This document shows positions 21,910-29,594 of a stretch of 64,000 nucleotides of DNA, one piece after another (position 1 is the first letter of the stretch; each line of letters opens with the position of its first letter). The position numbers and the translations under genes are program-made. Source of the stretch: an uncultured Candidatus Saccharibacteria bacterium (GTDB lineage Bacteria > Patescibacteriota > WWE3 > UBA101185 > UBA10185); NCBI GenBank assembly GCA_964490125.1, contig CAZBAJ010000004.1, forward strand, positions 7,662 through 71,661, read 5' to 3'. The notes beneath the pieces are model-generated. The model was not told where the DNA came from and did no database searches. It saw only the letters and a program-made list of their open reading frames with translations.

Positions 21910-22944
21910 ATGCCCGCAGTAATTGGTCTAGATATTGGAAATTCTGCCTTTAGAGCCGTAGAAGTTTCCGTCAAAAGCAAAACAAATCCTCCGCAGTATA
22001 TTTTAGAACGCGCTTTGGTGTGCGACAAATGTGTGGACCCCGATTCAAAAAAGATGACGGAAAACTTAAAACACTTTGTAAAAGACGCGGGATTCAGCAC
22101 AAAAAATGTGGTTATGGCTCTGCCGGAGTCGCATGTATTTTCTACAATTTTAAACATTCCACTCCAAACGGAAAAAGAAGTTAAAAACTATTTAGAAATA
22201 GAAGGCTCAAAAATTTTTCCCCGTCCGCTTTCTGAACTGGTGTACAGCTTTGTAATTTTAGGTCCAAATGAATCCAACAAAACCGAAGTTGATGTTAATG
22301 TGGTGGCAAGCGGTAAAGAATTTGTTAGCGGACTTTTTGATACGGCAAAAAATGCCGGACTTACTGTTTTGGGAATTGAATCGGAGGCGTACGCTATTGT
22401 AAGAGCGCTCTCAAGGAGTCAAATTTTAGCCCCAAACGACGCCCTGCTTGTGGTAAATGTTGGCTCGGTAGATGTGGATATGATGGTCCTGCGCAACGGT
22501 TATGTAAGATTTTCTAGAAATGTAGGACTTGGTGGGACCACATTTAACAAGGCAATTGCCCAGGCGTTAGATGTTACCGAAGACCAAGCGGAAGAGTACA
22601 AAAAGAGCTATGGTTTGGATAATGTTGCCATGGAGGGAAAAATTGTTACAGCCATGAAGCCGGTGGCAGAAACTTTAATTAGTGAAATAAAACGGACTAT
22701 GAATTTTTATTCGTCCAGAAACAGCTACTGTGAATTTAAAAAGGTTCTGTTTAGTGGAGGCTCTGCCGTGATGCCCGGTCTTTTAGCATACAGCGCAGAG
22801 AATTTAGGTATGGAGGTGGAACTTGCCAATCCGTTTGCCAGCATAGAATTTTCTCCCCGCGTAGCAAGTAGGCGGGATGAGTTATTAAATTTAGGACCTG
22901 TGTACACAGTTGCCATGGGTCTTGCATTAAAGGAAATAGTCTAA
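21910..22944 (+). CDS. pilM: Type IV pilus alignment protein PilM
   Basis: IGLDIG, SGGSA, ANPF, AMGLALK; actin-like fold. Confidence 0.9.
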   Translation: MPAVIGLDIGNSAFRAVEVSVKSKTNPPQYILERALVCDKCVDPDSKKMTENLKHFVKDAGFSTKNVVMALPESHVFSTILNIPLQTEKEVKNYLEIEGSKIFPRPLSELVYSFVILGPNESNKTEVDVNVVASGKEFVSGLFDTAKNAGLTVLGIESEAYAIVRALSRSQILAPNDALLVVNVGSVDVDMMVLRNGYVRFSRNVGLGGTTFNKAIAQALDVTEDQAEEYKKSYGLDNVAMEGKIVTAMKPVAETLISEIKRTMNFYSSRNSYCEFKKVLFSGGSAVMPGLLAYSAENLGMEVELANPFASIEFSPRVASRRDELLNLGPVYTVAMGLALKEIV

Positions 22945-22956
22945 TACTATAGATGT

Positions 22957-23547
22957 ATGAAGCAAATTGATCTCACTCCCCCGCAGGAGATTAAGCGCAA
23001 AAGAACGCAGTATGTGGTTGGTGCTTCTACTAAGATTTCTGTTGTATTACTGCTTATTGCCGTAGGTGTTGCCGTTTACTATTTTACTAAAGAAACCAAC
23101 CTTCAAACCCAAATTGCTTCTCTGGACAGTCAAAAAACAGAATTAACCGCAAGGGTACAAAGTATGCAGGAGGTAGAAAATTATGCTAAAAAACTTTCTG
23201 GCAAGTACTTTTTGCTTCAAAAGTATTTAGAAAGTCGGTTAAAGTACTCTTCTGTTATGTTGGAGCTATTAGCACGCGTGCCTACGGAAATCTCGTTTGA
23301 CAATTTAAGCTTTGAGGGCGCGGGTAAAAGAACCACCATCGCGGGCTCGTCCAAGGATGTTATCTCCGTCTCTGCCTTTGTCAACCGACTTGCTAAACCC
23401 GGTAACGCTTCCAGCGAATCTGCGGTTACACTAGAAGGCAAAAATGCTTTTACGGATGTTAGGCTGGACTCATTAAGTGTTGACGAGGATAAGGGCGTGG
23501 CGTATTCGGTGTCGTTTAAAATTAACGAGGAGGCATTTTTAAAGTGA
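22957..23547 (+). CDS. pilN: PilN-like protein
   Basis: IDLTP (INLLP-like) N-terminus, one TM helix, coiled coil; follows pilM. Confidence 0.75.
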   Translation: MKQIDLTPPQEIKRKRTQYVVGASTKISVVLLLIAVGVAVYYFTKETNLQTQIASLDSQKTELTARVQSMQEVENYAKKLSGKYFLLQKYLESRLKYSSVMLELLARVPTEISFDNLSFEGAGKRTTIAGSSKDVISVSAFVNRLAKPGNASSESAVTLEGKNAFTDVRLDSLSVDEDKGVAYSVSFKINEEAFLK

Positions 23548-24311
23548 TTTTAACTAACAAATTACATGTAAAAACAAACAGCGAGACGGGTATGCAGATT
23601 ATTGGGGAAATTGAAGAGTTTGTAGTTAACTTTATTTTACCTATTATTTTGCTTGCGGTTGCCGTGGGAATTTTTGCGTTGTATGTATCGCCCACCCATA
23701 AAAAATTACCAGCCATGAAGACGGAAGTAGAAACCAAAACCTCCGAGGTTACCGTTTTGCAGGCAAAAGTAGACCAGCTTACTGCTTTAGAGCAAAACAA
23801 GGAGCTAGTGCTGGGCGACTTGGTTAAGATGTCTTGGGCTTTAGAAGAGCGCGACAAAGTACCAGAACTTACAGAACAGGTGCGACTTATGAGTGCCGAT
23901 TCTAAAGTAGTGTTTAAATCTTTGGATTATGCCAATGCTAATAAGGGCGACATTGTAAGCGTTGTAGCTCCGACCGATGCTCTTACCCCGGATCCAGAGC
24001 TGTATCGTGAGGAAAAAGTTAATGTGGATGTTGAAGTTAAGGATTTTACCTCCGCCATAGCCTTTTTAAAAACCGCGGAAAATTCTATTAGACTTTTTAA
24101 GGTTGAGAGTTTAAAAATTTCTACGCTAAATCAGGCAAATAAGGCGGACATTGTTATGGCGTCGCCCTACTTGAATCCCGCTTTTTCTACTTACTCACAG
24201 TCCGCCGCGCCTATTGATTTAAAAAACTCGGCTTATCGATCTTTTATGGAGAGGTTGGATACTTTTAAAAACTACGCCAAGGATATTGACGCCACTTTAC
24301 CCAAGATATAA
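23544..24311 (+). CDS. pilO: PilO-like protein
   Basis: One TM helix plus coiled coil, FL...EN..RL motif; follows pilN. Confidence 0.7.
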   Translation: MILTNKLHVKTNSETGMQIIGEIEEFVVNFILPIILLAVAVGIFALYVSPTHKKLPAMKTEVETKTSEVTVLQAKVDQLTALEQNKELVLGDLVKMSWALEERDKVPELTEQVRLMSADSKVVFKSLDYANANKGDIVSVVAPTDALTPDPELYREEKVNVDVEVKDFTSAIAFLKTAENSIRLFKVESLKISTLNQANKADIVMASPYLNPAFSTYSQSAAPIDLKNSAYRSFMERLDTFKNYAKDIDATLPKI

Positions 24312-24362
24312 GTCGCATAGAGTCGCAAGCTAGCTAAAGGTATAAACTTATATTATTGATAA

Positions 24363-25235
24363 TTAGAGATGATCAGCGTCATTGCGATTCGCCGTAGGTG
24401 GAGAAGCAATTCCTTTCCACTTGTCGATTTTTGCATGATTACCAGAAATTAAAACTTCCGGCACCTTTAAGCCTTGCCACTCTTCCGGTCGACTATATTG
24501 TGGATGTTCCACTTGGTCAGGTCGACTTGGGTTAAATGATTCGTTAATAAGCGCCTCCGGATTGTCTATTGCCTCGGGAAGTAGCCGGACTACGCTTTCC
24601 ACAATCGCCATAGTGGCTACCTCGCCCCCGCTTAGTACATAGTTGCCAATGGATATTTCTTCCACGGTTATTTGTTTTAGCACACTGTCTGAATTTGTTG
24701 TTGAGTCGATTTTTTGGAATCCAGGCGCGCGACTTTTAAGACTGCATGCATTCTTAAAGTAGTCGATGACTCTCTGATCCACGCCTTCATACCGTCCACA
24801 AACAATAACTAAATGGTCCACTTGGGAAAATTCCGATGCTTTGTTTTGGTTATAAGTTTTTCCACGAGGGGTGAGAAAGACAACCCGCACACCGCCTTGT
24901 GGAGTACGGTCGTTTCGATCCGCCGTAGGCGGATAAGCAATCTGGATCTTAGTATCAACCTTGCGGTTCATGATTACTTGGGATTTATTTAGGGCAAATG
25001 TTATAGCATCATTAATCGGTTCGGGACGGAGAATCATCCCGGGACCACCACCGTAGGGTGGTGAATCCACCGTTCCCCGCTTGTCAATCGCAAAGTCGCG
25101 TAAGTTAATAAAGTCAATACGCACTAAACCCTTTTCCAGCGCACGACTAATTGGCAGATGTTGTAAATGGTTAGTAAAAATGTCTGAGAAAAGCGTAATG
25201 ACGGAAATGTGCAGTTTTGGCTTGGTATTAGGCAT
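24363..25235 (-). CDS. trmD: tRNA (guanine-N1)-methyltransferase, with insertions
   Basis: ITLF, DSPPYGGGPGM, CGRYEGVDQR, SIGNYVLSGGE, HPQYSRP, SGNHAKI; start re-set to ATG 25235, overlapping the khpA end. Confidence 0.93.
   Translation of the reverse strand: MPNTKPKLHISVITLFSDIFTNHLQHLPISRALEKGLVRIDFINLRDFAIDKRGTVDSPPYGGGPGMILRPEPINDAITFALNKSQVIMNRKVDTKIQIAYPPTADRNDRTPQGGVRVVFLTPRGKTYNQNKASEFSQVDHLVIVCGRYEGVDQRVIDYFKNACSLKSRAPGFQKIDSTTNSDSVLKQITVEEISIGNYVLSGGEVATMAIVESVVRLLPEAIDNPEALINESFNPSRPDQVEHPQYSRPEEWQGLKVPEVLISGNHAKIDKWKGIASPPTANRNDADHL
24378..24412. repeat. Small palindromic repeat, copy 1 (in trmD 3' end)
   Basis: GTCATTGCGATTCGCCGTAGGTGGAGAAGCAATTC. Confidence 0.7.
24909..24943. 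repeat. Small palindromic repeat, copy 2 (in the trmD internal insertion)
   Basis: GTCGTTTCGATCCGCCGTAGGCGGATAAGCAATCT, with internal hairpin TCCGCC-gta-GGCGGA. Confidence 0.7.
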
Positions 25236-25596
25236 CGTTTGACGCGGGATCCTTGGGATCTGAATCCGATGGTTCTGATTCTGTTGGACTGTCGATTCCA
25301 TCACCTCGGTCATCTCTATTAGTTTCGAAAGTATCGTTTTTATCGCCAGCCGTCCTTGGTTGCCCGTAGTCAACCAGTTCAACATCCACCCATACATTTT
25401 CCTTTACCGCTTTAGCTTTTGCCAGTGAACGAATGGAATTAATGGTACGACCTTCTTTTCCTATAACCAAGCCCATATCGGAGGGGTCAACGGTAATTAA
25501 GTACCTAAAATTGCTCCCCTCTCCCGATTCTTCCACCGCCACATTTTGAGGATTTTTAACTAGCGAGGTCACTAAAAATTGGATAAAGTCTTTCAT
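25228..25596 (-). CDS. khpA: KH-domain RNA-binding protein with an acidic tail
   Basis: DMGLVIGKEGRTINSIR; lies between rpsP and trmD. Confidence 0.88.
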   Translation of the reverse strand: MKDFIQFLVTSLVKNPQNVAVEESGEGSNFRYLITVDPSDMGLVIGKEGRTINSIRSLAKAKAVKENVWVDVELVDYGQPRTAGDKNDTFETNRDDRGDGIDSPTESEPSDSDPKDPASNDA

Positions 25597-25970
25597 TCGG
25601 TCGACTCCTTGTCTGATTTGGTTTTCTCTGGATTATCTACCTCATCGCCCGATTTGTCCTCAACCGCATTATCCCCCTCTTTTGAAGCCTTTTCTGCCTT
25701 GGGATTGTATTTTACATATTTATAAGTTCCTGCCAGCATTTGTTTAACAGGTTCGGTAATTAGCGCGCCCTTTTTGACCCACTCGTCCAGTTTCTCCTTG
25801 TTAATAACCGCTTTACCGCCTATAGTCGATTTACCTGTTGTGGTGGGGTTAAAATCGCCCAGTAGGTCCAAAAATTTACCGTTGCGTTTACTTTTGGTTT
25901 GAGCAACCACCACTTTATACGCAGGTGCGTTCTTTTTTCCTATTTTTGCTAGTCTTATTTTTAGCGACAT
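25593..25970 (-). CDS. rpsP: 30S ribosomal protein S16
   Basis: LKIRLAKIGKKNAPAYKVVVA, RNGKF, WVKKGA. Confidence 0.95.
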   Translation of the reverse strand: MSLKIRLAKIGKKNAPAYKVVVAQTKSKRNGKFLDLLGDFNPTTTGKSTIGGKAVINKEKLDEWVKKGALITEPVKQMLAGTYKYVKYNPKAEKASKEGDNAVEDKSGDEVDNPEKTKSDKESTE

Positions 25971-26843
25971 AATTTAAGTCAGTCTTTATAACAACTTGGA
26001 GATTTTACCAGCATATGAGGACAAAATCAATCCGGCGCAATAGATAGTACTGTTTGTCGGTGTAGGCTCTTTTTTTCGATAAGTCCCTAGACCTCATATT
26101 TAAACGAACAATAAACTACTTTTATTGAATCTAAGGCTTTTACTACGGCGTCAACTGTATGACAGTTGTGACATTGTTCAGTTATATTTATTTGCGAACT
26201 ATTTTTAAGCCTTTGTTAAAGCAAATACCTAGTTTTCTAAAATAATTAGTGAACTACCCTGGTTCGTAAATATCATAAGCTACGGTGGCTATAATTACGG
26301 CTACACCGGCATGCTTAACTTTCTTGGGTATTATTGTATAGTCTTGGTAATAATAAGTTGCCTCGGTGTCTGGGTGCCTAAATGTGTTTGGATATGTATT
26401 TATTTAGGTTTTTGTTGTATTTGAGGGTTTCAGTAAGTACTCGTTTGTTTATGTATTTAATTGTTTTAGTAGCAATGTATTAATTTAAGTTTTGTTTGTA
26501 CTGGGTGTTTGGGCAGGGATATTGCCATTTAGGTGTTTGAGTATGTATTTATGTGTCAGCGTTTTTAACTTGTATTGACAGCCTTAAAACTATGCTCCCA
26601 ATATAGTTCACTTATTTTTTTTTATGTTGTGGGTATTTTACTGTTATTAAAGGGTGAAAATAGTTCGCGTATTTTATCAAGTGAACTAACGGATATTTGT
26701 CATATAGTATTGGTTGTTACCACAAGATTAAATTGGCGAAATTCGACTACTAGTTCGTTTAAATACCTGCCCTTTGGGGCATACTTTGTTCTTTTGCTTA
26801 AACAAATAGTAGTTGCAAAATTTCATCTCTATTTAGATGACAT
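25971..26843. other. Long non-coding region with repeated GAACTA/TAGTTC boxes around a G/T-skewed core
   Basis: No credible ORF; nested inverted repeats; six TGTATT copies; an 18/20 direct repeat (see findings). Confidence 0.6.
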
Positions 26844-27301
26844 CTAATTAATATCTAATACATCCGCACTATTTTGAGGTACAAACTCTTCTTGTAACTC
26901 CCTTATCGCGTTTGAGATTCTTGCAAATCCGGTTCTTAAACGATCGTCGTTTCGATAGATGAACCTAGCGCTAAGACCTGTGGAACTGTCGGCGTCTCTT
27001 TTTTCAAAATAAGCAGATTGTCCGCCATCAAGCCTCCAGTCGCCAACCAAACTATCACCGTATTCAGCAAGACCGTACATAGCCTCTTCGGACATTCTGG
27101 TGATTTGTCTTGATATTCGCACTGCCAGTTCACGGCCTTGTGCCAGACCTTTTATTTCAATTACAGCTACTTCGTCGTCTAATCTAAGAACCTTGGCACC
27201 TTCAAGACTAATTTTCCCTGTTCCCAGAGGTAAAGATTCTAAATCGAAGTTACCACACTGTCTCCCCCCCCCGCCTTCTCAAAATCTCCTGTCGGGCTCA
27301 C
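26844..27301 (-). pseudogene. Hypothetical gene frameshifted at a G9 tract (phase-variable OFF state or sequencing error)
   Basis: GTG overlaps the rnc stop (GTGA). That frame stops after 20 codons, while a second frame is open from the G9 tract (27264-27272) to 26844. Confidence 0.6.
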
Positions 27302-28017
27302 AGTCCCCTCTCTAACTTCTCCAGCCCATTAGCTGCCGCTTCCATTTCCGCGCGCTGTTTGCTTTTACCAACGCCCTCGCCGTAAACTTTGTCGCCCACC
27401 TTAACCTGCACTTTAAAAGTTTTGTCGTGGTCCAGCCCCCAAGAGTCAACCAAAAAATATTCCGGGGTATATGCTAGCTTTTCCTGCGCCAACTCCTGAA
27501 ACTTGCTTTTGGCATCCTTGTATTTTTCATCCCGGACAATGTCGTCTATTTTGTACAAAAGTTCCCGTTCTAAAAATTGGCGACAAAATTCCAGTCCATT
27601 TAGTGTGTATAGCGCGCCTAAAACCGCCTCAAAAGTGTTGGCTAAAATGTATTCCCTGTCCCGTCCGCCAGTTGCTTCCTCACCTTTAGATAAAAGTAAA
27701 AACGCTCCGTAGCCTAGCCTTTTTGACTCGTTGGCAAGCGACGGAGTACAAACCATGGCAGAACGATAGTTTGTTAAATCGCCCTCCGGTAAGTCGGGAA
27801 ACTTTTTATATAAAAACTCGCTCGACAAAAGTTGCAAAACCGCGTCGCCCAAAAACTCCAAGCGCTCATTGGACTTAAGCCCGTTGCCGTTGTAACCGTG
27901 GTGTTCGTTTAGGTACGACCTGTGAGTAAAGGCAATTTCCAGCAAGCTTTTTGCGGTTTGGTCTGCTAACGGGGTTTGTAGAATTTTACCTAAAGCTTCA
28001 AAGTCCATAGTTTGCAT
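27298..28017 (-). CDS. rnc: Ribonuclease III
   Basis: NERLEFLGDAVL, ANTFEAVLGA, dsRBD with KSKQRAEMEAA. Confidence 0.96.
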   Translation of the reverse strand: MQTMDFEALGKILQTPLADQTAKSLLEIAFTHRSYLNEHHGYNGNGLKSNERLEFLGDAVLQLLSSEFLYKKFPDLPEGDLTNYRSAMVCTPSLANESKRLGYGAFLLLSKGEEATGGRDREYILANTFEAVLGALYTLNGLEFCRQFLERELLYKIDDIVRDEKYKDAKSKFQELAQEKLAYTPEYFLVDSWGLDHDKTFKVQVKVGDKVYGEGVGKSKQRAEMEAAANGLEKLERGL

Positions 28018-28035
28018 AATTAATTTTAAAATGTT

Positions 28036-28275
28036 TTAGTCCAATTTTTCTTCCAGCGTATCCAAAAGATCTTTAACGCTTTCCAGCTCGCTTTGTTCGT
28101 CAAGCAAGTCCACCTTAAACAAGTCCTCCAGTTCCTCCAAAATTTCTGTAAGTTCCAGATCGCCCAAGTTTAAATCGTCGCCAAAAAACATGTCGTCCAA
28201 AACCTCCCGCGCTTCCACACCCGCCTTCTGTGCAATTACCTGCTTTACTTTTTCTTTAAAATTTGTTGGTTTCAT
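28036..28275 (-). CDS. Acyl-carrier-protein-like protein
   Basis: Acidic 79 aa with an ACP-like layout (DDLNLGDLELTEI..ELE..F) between nusB and rnc; the canonical DSL serine is absent. Confidence 0.65.
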   Translation of the reverse strand: MKPTNFKEKVKQVIAQKAGVEAREVLDDMFFGDDLNLGDLELTEILEELEDLFKVDLLDEQSELESVKDLLDTLEEKLD

Positions 28276-28754
28276 ATTTTTTCCTCTTTCTTAGTCGACA
28301 AAACTTCGCCAGTTTTTACATCGTCATTTACTTCCAGTTTGTCCTTTTTGGTCGTCAATTTTTCTGCCACACTGCCCAAAACGCCATTTACAAACTTGCC
28401 GGAGGCTTCTCCGCCAAATTCTTTGGCAAGTTCCACCGCCTCGTTTATGGCTACGCTGGAGTTTACGGTGTTGTTAATAGTTTCATACACCGCAATGCGA
28501 AGAATTGCAAGATCTATTTTAGCAATCCTGTCAAGAGGCCACTCGGGGGCGCAGTCGGTAATTACTTGGTCAATCCGAGTAATGTCGGCTTTTATCCCGT
28601 CAACCAGGCTTTTTAACATGTCTAGGTCTGCCTGGACGGTTTGGGGCATTTCTATCACCAGTTCTGCCGGCAAGTCGCCTGTACCTCCAAAAAACTCTGC
28701 GTAAAGTTTTAACAGAGCTAACTTTCTGGCTTGGTGGCGGGCGTCAGTTTTCAT
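28272..28754 (-). CDS. nusB: Transcription antitermination factor NusB
   Basis: RHQARKLAL, IDLAILR, INEAVELAKEFG, FVNGVL. Confidence 0.95.
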   Translation of the reverse strand: MKTDARHQARKLALLKLYAEFFGGTGDLPAELVIEMPQTVQADLDMLKSLVDGIKADITRIDQVITDCAPEWPLDRIAKIDLAILRIAVYETINNTVNSSVAINEAVELAKEFGGEASGKFVNGVLGSVAEKLTTKKDKLEVNDDVKTGEVLSTKKEEKI

Positions 28755-28796
28755 GTTGTTGCAGTAAAACCAAAAGTCCTTAAAAGTTTTGGACGA

Positions 28797-28946
28797 CTAC
28801 TTTTTGCACTCCGGACAGGCGTGGTGCGGTAGTTTTGCGCTTCCGCACGACTTGCATTTTACGGTGTTAATTGGCGAGCGCTTGTAGTGCGAATTTCTTT
28901 TAATTCTTACTTGGCTCTTGCTAGTCTTTCTTTTTGGTACTTGCAT
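28797..28946 (-). CDS. rpmF: 50S ribosomal protein L32 (not in the ORF track)
   Basis: MQVPKRKTSKS...CKSCG..KLPHHACPEC, 49 aa. Confidence 0.93.
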   Translation of the reverse strand: MQVPKRKTSKSQVRIKRNSHYKRSPINTVKCKSCGSAKLPHHACPECKK

Positions 28947-28994
28947 GGGGTTATATTAGACGGGTTGGGGGCGGATTGTCAAATAAAATTGGGC

Positions 28995-29023
28995 TTGACA
29001 ACAGTATATTACAATAATATACT
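28995..29023 (+). promoter_or_regulatory. Sigma70 promoter for a leaderless brnT mRNA
   Basis: TTGACA-17 nt-TATACT, 6 nt before ATG 29030. Confidence 0.75.
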
Positions 29024-29029
29024 GCAGGT

Positions 29030-29338
29030 ATGAGTAACAATGTTCCTGTAGCCTTTGATTGGGACAAGGGCAACCTTTTTAAGAATAAAGACAAACACAG
29101 TGTTACTAACAAGGAAGCCGAGGAGGTCTTTTTTAATAGACCAATCAACATTTACAGGGATGTTGATCACTCTCAAAAAGAGGAAAGGTATGTAGCTTTT
29201 GGGGTTACTGACAGTGGGAGAAGGTTATATTTGGTTTTTACTATAAGAGCAGATAAAGTAAGGGTAATTTCGGTTCGTGACCAGAGCAGAAAAGAAAGGA
29301 ACATCTATGAACAAGGCAAAAATGATTCCACAATTTAA
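29030..29338 (+). CDS. BrnT-family toxin
   Basis: FDWDKGN..KN..KH, EAEEVF, HSQKEERY, RVISVR. Confidence 0.88.
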   Translation: MSNNVPVAFDWDKGNLFKNKDKHSVTNKEAEEVFFNRPINIYRDVDHSQKEERYVAFGVTDSGRRLYLVFTIRADKVRVISVRDQSRKERNIYEQGKNDSTI

Positions 29339-29585
29339 AAATGAGGATGAGGAGAGGGCGTTTTGGCTGGTTAATGATTTTTCTGACTATGTCGACCAAT
29401 TTGAACCCGTCGAGATGGATTTGTCAGAGTTAAAGCCTTCAACCGAATCTATATCCCTAAGATTACCTATTGCCCTGCTTGCCAGGTTAAAGGAATTAGC
29501 AAATTCTCGGGATGTACCATACCAGTCCTTAATGAAGGTGTTTTTGACAGACAGAGTTAAAGCCGAAGTTGCAAAAAGCTACTAA
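29307..29585 (+). CDS. BrnA/CopG-like ribbon-helix-helix antitoxin
   Basis: IPQFKNEDEERAFW, ISLRLP, VPYQSLMK; overlaps brnT. Confidence 0.85.
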   Translation: MNKAKMIPQFKNEDEERAFWLVNDFSDYVDQFEPVEMDLSELKPSTESISLRLPIALLARLKELANSRDVPYQSLMKVFLTDRVKAEVAKSY

Positions 29586-29594
29586 TTTTGGTTT

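Noticed and set aside
26251-26265. LexA box (GAAC-N-GTTC)
   Set aside because: The spacer is 7 nt rather than the Gram-positive 4 nt, and no SOS gene is adjacent.
25971-26843. CRISPR array, RNase P RNA or tmRNA in the long intergenic region
   Set aside because: No regularly spaced identical repeats, no GAGGAAAGUCC core and no tRNA-like ends.
26575-26847. 90-aa plus-strand ORF
   Set aside because: TTG start, no RBS, and composition explained by T-rich non-coding DNA.
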